Assembly (NCBI GenBank): GCA_000708835.1 | Contig: DF237094.1 | Location: 1 to 64,000 of the forward strand | DNA: 64,000 nt | Direction: 5' to 3' | From: Klebsormidium nitens | Lineage: Eukaryota; Plantae; Klebsormidiophyceae | Part shown: piece by piece, positions 11,201 to 21,700 of the stretch | Position numbering within the stretch: the stretch's first letter is position 1 | Layout of the letters: each line of letters begins with the position of its first letter | Made by a program: the position numbers and the translations under genes | The notes under the pieces: model-generated | Seen by the model: only the letters and a program-made list of their open reading frames with translations | The model's database searches: none | Told to the model about the DNA's origin: nothing

Positions 11201-14200
11201 AGCGTCGAAGCCTTCCAGATAGCACCGACGGAACTGTCGAACGTGGTTACCGCCAATCTGCCCATGCTGCCATTCGACGTCGAAAGATTGGACGGGCTTT
11301 TGGGTACCCTCTTCCCTGAAGGGATCATAAACGTGACCACCCTTCGAAAATTGGCGACAAGAGCGTCGCAAATGGATAGGGCTGAGCTTATCCAGGCCAT
11401 AAGCAGTCGCCTCCCGGAAGGAAGCATCACAACGCGCCAGCTGGCAGATCTGACGGCGGAGAAGCTCCCAATGCTCAAGGTCGACGGCCCCAAGCTTGCG
11501 GACGTCCTCGCGACTTTCTTTCCCGACGGGCAGATCAATCGAACGTCGATCGGAATCCTTCTGAGGGAGAAGCTTCTGACCGCTGACGTCAGCCCGAAAG
11601 AACTCATCGCGCGCGCGCGTGCTTACATGGCGCGCGCGGGCGGCCGCGTGACGCCCGAAACGCTCCAAACCTTCCTGGGCACCCATCTTCCGTTCGTCGG
11701 ACTGGGCTCAACTGAACTCCAAACCCTCGCGCAAACCCTTTCCCAAACCCTCCTTCCCGCGCTAACTCTCGCGCAAACCCTGTCCGAGGCTCTATCTCTA
11801 ACCGCCAACACTGCCAAGGACGTCGCCCTTTACGAAACGGAAGTCTTGATTGCTCTCCAAATGCTCGTTTACATGCCGGAAATTATCCACGCTAACACCG
11901 CGTTTCCCGGCGGGATGGGCGCGCTCCCCTTGCTTTATCTCCCGCTGCTAGTTCTTGGCCCTGCCAACGTTTTGCCTCATCTGGGAGCGACGGAGGGTCT
12001 CTTTAAAGTCCTCGACGGACTTTCGGGTATCCTGGTAAGTCGCCAGTCCCGGAAGCGGGAATCTGAGATTTGATGTTGAAGGTTTCGCTTTAGCTGACGT
12101 CGTTGAGATTACGAGCACGCTTGTGAACCAGGAGACGTCATCAAAGTTGCAAAGTCATAATGGAGTCGAATAGCTGGTGATATGACGCGCTCTTCTGCCA
12201 GCCATCCGCGATACGTCCGAGAGCTCTGTTCTTCAATGCGTGACTGAAATAAGGTTATTTGACACAGGACGATTCCAAATTAGGTGAGATCAATCGTTAG
12301 GCCCGTGCCGTTGTAGTCACAATCTCGTCCAGAAGCAAACACCTAATACTCGCACGTTTGGCAAGGTGCAATCCAACAGCTCACTCCGGTTCCTTTCACT
12401 CTGCAGACTCCGCACCCTTCGGCCCCCCACTTCGACTGCTGCCCTCTCGATTTCTCCATTCCCGGTTCCGTTTACACGGACCTCTCAACCAACTGCCAAT
12501 CCGGAAGCGACGCTTATGACGTGTATTCGTGCTGCGGCGCCGTGCGGCTCGCGTTTCTGAAAGTCCTGGAAGCGAACGCGGCTATTTTGCCGCCGGAGGT
12601 TTCGTCGCGCGCGCTGGCCGACGCGTGCGGCGCGGGGTTTAAGGCCCACCTGACGGGACTTTACAAGTAAGATTTGCTTCAAGTGTTGGCATGGCTTTAA
12701 AAGCTCACGTATTGCTGTTTGATCACCATGTAGGTCTCATTTCGTCTGAAGAAATCCAGACTATCGGTGAGTCTGATTAGAGGATTCGTTTAAAGACACC
12801 AAAACACTTGCCTGAGGACCAAGAAAGGTTCTAAGATGGTGACTTCGAACCGCATCTCGTGTTCACTTTCACAAAATGTTCGACCAATAATTTTGATCAG
12901 CGCTGGTTGACTTGAGTTGAGTGGAATCTACCCTAAACGTCTATTGGAGACCCGCCCCTCTCCAAAGGCGTTTCATCATCTGGAGGGCATGATTTCTTTT
13001 CCAAGCGTCAAAAGACCACTTGGTCAAACGTTAACCGAGGTCGATGGACAGCTTTTATTTTCTGTCGCTTTCTTGCAGGTACGATCTAGGCGATCCCACG
13101 CTTTCTCTAGACGAGTTCTGCGCCCCTGTAGCCGGCTTCGGAATCATCCCCGATCTAAATGTCGCCGTCGAGGCCCTGTTCAGCGACTGCCCACATCGCG
13201 ACCTGGCTTCCGTCGCCCTAGCCGCGGATCTCGGCGCCCTAACAGGGCCTTGCCAAGACGCTTGCGCCGGCGATTATTCACACAACGATCCCGAGGAGGT
13301 GTCCGCGCACTGGAAAGCGTGCAACGCCGCGATATGGGAACACGCCGACGCTCTCGCGGGCGAGGAGAGCGCGGCCGCGCGCGCGGCGTGCGCGGGGGTG
13401 GTGCGCGCGCGCCTCGAGCAGGCGTACTTCGGCAGCCTGTTCAACAGCACGGTGACGGACTGCGGCAGCGTCTTCGAGGTTGGTGTCTTTCTGCTTTTGT
13501 TTATGAGCTCTAGCAAGACGACGTTATTCAGCTTCGTTTGATGGTTGTCACTAATTGGTCGCAGCGGAATCAAGAAATACATGAAATTCTCGACGAACTT
13601 TGTTCCCTGGTTGAGTTGAAGTAAGAAAATCACAAGAGTCTCTCACCGGAGTCCTGGCATTAGCGACCGTTGCGTTCCCTTCGCAATCATACAACCCTTC
13701 GGTTCCTTCTGACGTCTTCTAACCGTCATCAAAGTACCAGGCTTTACGTTGCGATTCTGCAAAAGTAAACCTCGTGTTTGCCAAGTGGTTGCAAAAGGAC
13801 CGGACTTTGTCATGCTCTTGTACATCCTCTCCGACGCTTCAGATTCTGATACACTGGTCGAAACCTCCCTCCTGCAGGGAACCCCTCTCGCGCCCTACCA
13901 ATCGCCCCCTCTTTTCATGCCACCCCCATCTGTGACTCCAACGCCCACAGAACCCTCACCCAAACCCGCAATCAGCCCTTCACCCGAACCGTCGCCAAGC
14001 GCGCACCCGTCGCCGTCCCCTTCACCGTTATCGCGAGCGACTCCGGTCCCGACCAAAACTCCCGCGCCTCTAGTTGCAACCGTCACGATGGGGATGGCGC
14101 TCATCGGCGCGGCCGCCGAAGAGTTCGACGACGCGTCGAAAGAAAAGTTTATCAGCTCGTTTGCAGTGGCGCAGGTGGGTAGCTTTCAAGATCGCTGTGT

Positions 14201-16957
14201 GGAACTGTAACGCATTTGGCACACTTTTCCGCTGGGAAACCGTTTCGAAAAGCCATTGTGATCTACTAAGCATTGGATTGCTTCTCTTCGTCGAAGTTCT
14301 TTCATCTGATCGGCATCGCTCCAAAACGGTAGCTAGGAGCTGATTTGAGGTGTCTGGTGCTGAGAGTGTGGAAGATAAGCATTTTCAACAGTCAACAGTG
14401 TCAAAAAGTACGTGCCCATGACGAGGAATGACTCCGAATGAGAATCATTTGGGGCTTGTTACGTTAAATCCCTTTGAAAGTGTTCGGTCTCCGCGAGCCC
14501 GATGAATCGTGTAACAGAGCTTTCGTCTCTTATAGTCCTCAAGCATCGAATTCGAGCAGACTGGTTGATAAGCTCTCTGCTGGATTGAAGTACTCAATTT
14601 AGACATCCATTGGCTCCCTGTTGCGGCTTCCAGCTACGACTATAGCCAAGCCCTCCTTGTTTTCTGTGGTCCCGCAGGCCTTGTTTTTCTCTCAGCTCTT
14701 CCTAAACAATTCAAGACGTTCGATCACAGCGCAAGCAAAATTGAGTTGTCTAAAAGCCTTCGTAAACCTTCTTCGTGACCTGTTTGCAGAAACTCGACCC
14801 GTCAGCCGTGAAAGTGACGTCAGTCTCGTTCCGCGTGTCGCAAAGCGTGTCGCTCGACGGCATCTCGTTCAACGAGTGGAACACCGTCGGATCCTCCGCC
14901 TTCATCAAATCGATCGCAACCGCGAGCAACGTCTCAATTTCAGCCGTCCACGTGGACGGTCTGGACGTCAGCGACCGGAGGCGGCTGCTCTCTGCTGACG
15001 TCACGCCGGATGGTCGCCAGCTGCTGGCGTCGGGGCAGTTTACCGTACGGTTTAGCATTAACTGCACGCAGCCTGACCAGGCTGTTAACGTGGCGAATTC
15101 GGTAACCCAGGTTCGTAACCCATTTGTTTTTTCCGAAATATGCTTGTTTGAAGGTTCACATTGTCGATCCGATTGAGCCGTTGGTCTCTCACTGGTCTCC
15201 TGATGCGTTCCATTCCTGATCGCACATTGCGCCGATTCTTCTAATCCGGAGCATCCAGTGAAGCTCGTCTATGATCCTTGAAACGTTTAGGGCAACGTTC
15301 GTACCTTTGACGCTTTTGAGGACTCGGCTGAAGGTCTCAGTGCGGTTTTTCTTTTACCATAAACAACCAGAATGCGAGAATATGTCTGCAAAAGTTCGCG
15401 CGCGCTCGCGCGCGGACGCCCCATCCACGCCCGTTGATTCAAACAGTCAACGGTCGACGATAGTCGAAAGAGGTTTCACGGCTGAAACATTTATTGTAAA
15501 ACTCTTCGTAACGTGATTGTCGTTCTGATCCATGCAATAACATGAAGGCCGCTAGAGGAGGAAGCGGCGCGGCAGCCGTCTTATTCCAAGGCGCAAAAAG
15601 GAGAGAGCGTTGACTCGTAGAGGACGTCGTCAGCTCTCGAAAAGATCATCGAACAGTTCCGAGCAGAATCGAACGAAATCAAATCCGGACAGACTTGAAG
15701 CAAGCAGCCAACTTTCTCTCGTGCGCCATCACTCGTACGGCGCCCGAACGCATCAGCAGCTCGACCATAGCCTTACCTGGCACGCGCTTGAAGATTCACA
15801 TTGCCACGTACTTTGGTGTCGCAGGTTCTGAACACAGGCGGCGTCGCGGCCGCGCTCGCGGCCCAAAACCTCCACCCCTCCGTGACGATCGTCGACGCGC
15901 CTCACGTCGCGGTCGCGCTCACGATCGAGGTCGTCGTCGCGGTCGCGGACCAGGCGGCCGCGGCCGCGCTCGCGGCCGCGATGCAAACTTCCGTGGACGA
16001 CGGAACCCTCCAGAGGGTGCTGGTCTTCTACGGCATATATGCTGACGTTGTGATTACGCAGCCGCCGTTTACGGCGATTGAGGGGACGCCGCGGCCGCCG
16101 CCGCCGCCCTCGGATGAGGTTCCGGTGGCGCAGATCGTCAAGGCTGGGTCGAATACTGGCTTGATTGGTGAGTCGAAACATGTTCTAGCAGATTTGCAGA
16201 GAAACGGTGAAGGAATGATTGGAGGGTGACCCATTACCTTGACTTGAAAAGTACTTTCTCGCAGAAAGTCTTGACAATCTCTTCCGTTGCAGGATCTGTC
16301 GTATGAAAGGCGGATGGGATGCTGCGGATTCTGAGCTCGTATGTGAAACCATGTCTCATAATATCTTCTGACGGGAAACGGCCGAACTCATCAAGAAGCA
16401 ACAAAAGCATCGCGGGATGTCCCACAGGTTTTCGACTGAGAACTCAGTCACAGTTGGATGGCTTCCTCGTTTCTTTACAAATGTCTTCGACAAAGGGCTG
16501 CGGTTAGTCTAAAACAATGTTGCTCCGAACGCCAACACGAGCGGGTTTCAGTGTTGATCCGATCGATCGTGAACTGCATCGCGAATCAGATCGGATCCAA
16601 GTCGGGTCTAGAGTCGTGCAGATTATTCACGTACCTCTGTCCTGGATTGACAAAATCCTGGCTCCAAGTTCAGAGCCGTTTTTACTGCTGCCTGAGAATA
16701 CTAAAGGCTGCCTTCACAGTTCTTCGAACCCCGTCTTTTCCAATCCTTCATTTTCGCGCAGGCTTGAGTGTGTGAATTGAAAAGGATCTCAAACTGTTTC
16801 ACTTTCCGACCATCTCACTTTTACTTTTGCAGCGGGGATTGTCGCGGGCTGCGCTGTGGGAGCCGTTCTCGTCGCCAGCGCGACGGCCTACTTCATTCGA
16901 AGGAGGAACCAAATCTTCGATCAGCACATGCCCCGCCCCGTTCGGCTGGTGATCTGA
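5229..16957 (+). CDS. Large (~1849 aa, 13 exons) cell-surface protein: N-terminal TM, Leu/Pro-rich repeats, two to three Cys-rich SPARK-like domains, Pro/Ser/Thr stalk, SEA-like modules with an RRRLL motif, C-terminal TM and a short tail
   Basis: Exons 5229-6217, 6889-7028, 7692-8173, 8708-8977, 9438-9638, 10073-10144, 10385-12034, 12407-12666, 13079-13478, 13878-14174, 14790-15110, 15825-16167, 16833-16957. All junctions are GT-AG, phases agree and the total is 5550 nt. Motifs CCPLDFS..C..CC..AC..F and QCISGFNF..AC..TCC match my recall of the SPARK Cys pattern. The last exon is AGIVAGCAVGAVLVASATAYFIRRR. The exon 3 acceptor is ambiguous (7692 or 7710), and a split after exon 1 (in-frame TAA at 6219) cannot be excluded. 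Confidence 0.75.
6965..7420 (+). repeat. Tandem ~150-bp units: the true exon-2 end and donor plus two decayed copies
   Basis: GCGATCAAGAGC..GCGACTGCAGCGGGC..GAGAAAG/GT is repeated at about 7121-7183 and 7270-7342, each with a similar intronic lead-in (CGTTAACCCAG). Confidence 0.85.
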
Positions 16958-18711
16958 CGTACGCATCAAACTGCGAACAGGCAGCTAGCACACGCTAATT
17001 TTAACGATTCCGGGTAGAAAGGAAAAGACTTGGGGCCACCGTTTCCAGATAGATCGCTCATAGGAGATTGCGCAAGGTCTCGCGGCCCCATACTAAGGTT
17101 TGCGCAAAGCAGTCCCTGCTAAGTCGAATCGAAACAGATTGCGAGAGGTGGACGACTGTTTCAACGTCAATCGGGTTTTTTCACATCTCCGTTAATCGAT
17201 GTGCGTAAATACCAGTACGTACAAACGGCTCTGAGTATCAGGCGACAAACACGGTATGACCGGCGGACTCAGCTTTGCCTTCATATGTAGCTTGATAAGC
17301 TGACTAGGTAAAATCTCAAAGCTAGAAGCATAGGATCAACTGGCTCACTTGGAGCAAGGAGCGCACGTCACTGCTTGACGTTGAAATAGCTTCGAAAGAA
17401 GCGAGTGCGTCTTATACAGTAGTGCTGACTTTTTCTCTTCTTAGTCAGTTCGCAACTGGGCCGGGTAGAACGTTGTTTTTATTCTAATCTTATTGGTCCG
17501 TGTGGATCTTGGCCATATACACCTAACTTCGAGATACGCCTTGCTCAGTGCTCAAAGCTCACAGCTGACGTTTGAAAACCAGGCTTACATGATCGAGCCT
17601 TATTTTCGCTGTGGATCGGCAAGTCACACTGAGTGAGTTCGATCGCAACCGGCGAATGTCCACGCTCATGATGCAATGATAACGTGTTTCGCCGACTTGT
17701 GTTCATCAGTGTGCAAGAGCGCATCTGTTCTGCACCAATGTCAAGCTAGCTCTAAGCGAATCGTGGGGCCGGGCGCCACCGTACGAAGATTGGTAAACAA
17801 GAGTTCGTCCGGTCGTAATTGGTTAATTGCAAGATGCCGGCCATGCTGTGATACCGTACGTGACTGCATGGCCCGCTGCATGACTCGCCCAAATCGACCT
17901 AATACAGGCTTTCGATTGATAGAAAAGTATTAAAGGCAGCTAGCTAGCTGCGTCCCAGATCGACAAAGAGTGCATGATTCCCATGTATGATTTGTCGGGA
18001 AGCCAGGCCCGCTATGGCCCGTGTGGCTACGGCGTTTGAAAGAGAACATCAGACACATGAAAAACTTCGAGTGGTACCGCCACTCAGAAGGTGACTGATG
18101 AACGTAGGGCTAGCAACGTTCGGATCCTCCACTACAACCTGCATATGTGGGGCAGGAATTGCGGGAATCCACAGGACTAGCGTCATCAGTGGAACCTAGT
18201 CGCCGCCTTATCAGGATGTATACTGCGGCAGTGCCACGATGAACGGCGACGAGTGTGATGAATAATCCTTACAATTCAATGCAGTCTGCAAAACCGGGGA
18301 AAGTTGCCAAAACTATTTAAACCATACGTTCCTGCGCTTTGATTTGATCTCTTCCAGTGGGCTCTTTCCTTTGGCCAAAGGCGTTTGAAGGGAATGGCGG
18401 TGCGAGCCTTTTTGACTGTCTATACCAAAACTGATGCACGCTTAGATGCGCTCAATGCCTCTCGCTTCTGCACGCCCTCTCGCACTTCCTCTCAACTATC
18501 ATATTGCGTGTGCTATCCTCCCACTGTACCTGTCTATTGCTGTACTCTCCCTCTTCTAAACCTCAACTTCCGTTCAAGTAAGCCGGGGGATGCTTAAGAG
18601 ACTCTCGTTTCGTGATCAGTCTGGACCTTCCTGATCGCAGCAGCCCATGTAAAGCTCAAGTGCGTGTAGAACTGAGTGCTCAATAAAACTGGGGCTTTCT
18701 CCTAAGGACCA

Positions 18712-21700
18712 TTATGCTTTTGGGGTGTGCCGGATCGGTTGGAAGTGGATGACCCGCACTACCACATTGATACGCCCGGTGATTGTCCCCGCCTTCGAGC
18801 CGGTCAGCTCCAGCCACGCGTTCTTTGCTGCGGTCGTACACGTGGCGAGCAGGGGCCTCTCCAGCCGACACGAGCCTGCCAAAGACGTGGGAAGGGCTCT
18901 TTGTTGGAATGCTCATCTCTGGTGCAACATTGTTGTGCTTTTGGGTGTCTGGATATACTTCGGGTATGTACTGGAAAGGTTTGGGGGCACGTCTGAACGG
19001 GGAAGCAACTACGATGCTCTAGCCCCAGATCAGCGAGGAGATGTTGATTCTCTGTAGAAAGCAAGCTGGCCGAATCGCAGCCAGGAGTCCTCCAGAGAAA
19101 ATGACAGATTTTATCCTGTTTTTGCGGACGACTGCTTCAGATTTGCATCGACGAATCTGTTTGAGAGCTTCTCCACAAGAGAGCGTGAAGAGCCTATGAG
19201 TCGATTGCAATCCAGTCTCGCAGCGCGGAGATTCCTGGGCAAAGGTTGCCGCCTTGGACAATCCTTCCGCCAACATTTCGCTTTCAACAACCACCATCAA
19301 GCGATTGTTCAGGCGTAATGACCTTTGAAGGAGCTTCCAGAGTTAAGGCCGGAACAACGCCGAGGCAGTTCCTTCAAAAAACACCCCTGAAGATAAGGGG
19401 CTCCCGCCATGTCACAACGGCTGACGTAACGCGGCTTACCTATGACGTCATCCGCTCGGGCGAGATTCCTGCTGAGGAGTTGCAGCGTGAGGTCCCGGTC
19501 ACCGTCTCGCGCGCCATCCGTCAGGATGAAGTCGTGCACCTGTGCACAAGATAGTTCGGAAGCTCTTAGGCTTTGGACTTTCGAGGGTGTGGGGTTAATG
19601 AAGGTCCTCATGCTAAGAAACAAGCATTCAAGGAGTCGGCGCCAGAATCTAGTTTCAGATGATCTTCGGCTTGTGGCGATAAAAGTAGTTGCAATTTGGG
19701 AACGAAGATCAGTGCAGAATGGGTCCGCTCGTAGCACCCGGATATGGGTATGAGACTGATAACGGCAGATAATCTTCTAAGAATACTCTGAATTTAAAGA
19801 ACATCCTTTCCGAGAAACGATCAAAAGAAGATCGAGGTACTACAATCTAAGCCTCAAACGTCCGCAAATGCAGGACAGTAGAAATATTTTGACTGTCCTG
19901 CATGCGAGTCCGCGCTTGTCAGACAAACAAGAAGACAAGCAAAAGAGGGGACAGAGTAATATCTGCTGACCTCATGGAAGACGGGTGCTGACGTGGCTTT
20001 GACGAGCTTGCTGGTCCAGCTGGCACCGTTACACCCGACGCGACAGTACGAGTCGGGAGACGCCAAGGAGAAAGCCTGTCAGCAGAATAGGGAGGAGAAA
20101 TTACTCCGACATCGACATTAAATTGACTGATCTTCAGCATCCCATCTTTGGTCCAAGTAGATGCAACCAGCTGAATGATGTCTTTTCGGGTCAAAATGCG
20201 TGCAAAGACCGTGACTGCTGGAAGCTCCCAATGCTTTGGAGAGTCGCAGGTGAGTTCCGGTACCTTCTGTCGCAAAGTTTCAGCCCAGGTGAATCAAATT
20301 TCATAAGAGCAGAGCCAATCACGCAACTTCAACTGTGTTGAAAGTCAAAAAGTAAGAAAGGTTATCGTGCCCCTTTGGCAGTTGGGGTGGACGCTGACTT
20401 CGTATTCGAGCCAAGCGAAAATTTGGAAATGACGAAGGAAGACACCTGCCTCTTGATCCAATTCAAATAAAAGATTTTTCTCTCACAAAACCCTTCCTAC
20501 ACGTAAGGTCCTAACAACGCAAGCCACCAGCTATCCAGCTGTTCACGTGCTTGCCTGCTCAAGCTCACTCTCCAACGTCACCCGACCACCGCCCAGTTAC
20601 CGACCTCGCCCACTCGCTGACGTCACCATACCGCGTCCGCTGACGTCATCCTCACCTTTTTGCTGATTTCAGCCTGCACCAGCCGGATGTGCAGTACCTC
20701 CACCAGCGCGCTTGTGCCGGCCGCCGCCCTGCCCTCCTCCTCGGCCGGTTCAAGGGCTGATGCGACCTGTGGGGTTCGATAAGGGTTTAGGGGTTAGGAT
20801 ATAGGGTTTCGGGTTTGGGTTTAGGGTTTAGGGTTTAGGGTTCAGGGTTTAGGGTTTAGGGTTTGATTTTCACAAGTTCTATAAGAGGCTGTCTTCCCCT
20901 GTTCAGCTAACAAAAGATCTGAGAAGGGGCCGAAACCCCCACATCTCCTAAGTTCAAGACAACCCAGAGCGGCGGATAAGGTTCTGTTACGGTTCCGGTG
21001 TCTCAAGTCGAAACCTGAAAGAAGGAAAGACGGAGAGAGGACGCTCACAGAAACGTTTGCAAGATGCAGGACTCTGAAAAGGGTAAGACAGGGTCAAGCA
21101 AAAGAGGAAAGTCAAGCCAAGAAAACACCGAACATTGTTAGCACTGACCTACAGCTGAAAGAAAACTGAAAAAGTGAGGCAAAACGAGGACGGAGCGTCG
21201 TTCGCGCTGACCTCGGGGGGAGTAAGGCCCACCCCGGAGCGTCTAATCGAACAGCAGCTAAACGGAAGGGAGGATGTTCACAACACCAATTGTAAGATGC
21301 AGGATTCTGGACGGGAGAACAGGATGAAGCAAAAAGAAGAAACGGGTTCAATGAAACACGGAACGTCGTTGGCACTAACCTCGGGGGGAGGCAGGCTCTG
21401 GCCCGGGGCGTCTAGCCGACCCAGCAGCTGCACGGCGATCGCCAGGCGCACGCGCCCGGCGTGTGCCCCCTTGTGGCCCACGAGACCGTGCCATGCGACT
21501 AAAGGGGGGTCCGCGGTGTAAGTGGAAGCCAAGTACGACATCGGAAGGTGGACCTGCGATCAAAAATATAAGTTGGTCATGAAACTGGCTCTTCTTGGGT
21601 TTTTTCTCAGAAAAGCAAGTGATAACCCATCGAGAGGAAAAGATTGCCAGCCTGGGACGGATGGGCTAAGTCGAAGGTTCAGGGCAGGTTAGTTGGCGAA

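Noticed and set aside
17936-17951. Perfect 16-bp palindrome GCAGCTAGCTAGCTGC
   Set aside because: Its core is a simple (AGCT/TAGC) repeat, it is isolated, and it has no supporting context.
16957-18700. A possible kinase domain downstream of the SPARK-like gene (SPARK-RLK)
   Set aside because: The frame stops about 20 aa after the TM, and I found no kinase motifs (GxGxxG, HRD, DFG) in a coherent downstream frame.
20783-20864. A true chromosome end or telomere fusion
   Set aside because: The array is short and degenerate, and it lies inside an intron of an in-phase gene that continues on both sides.
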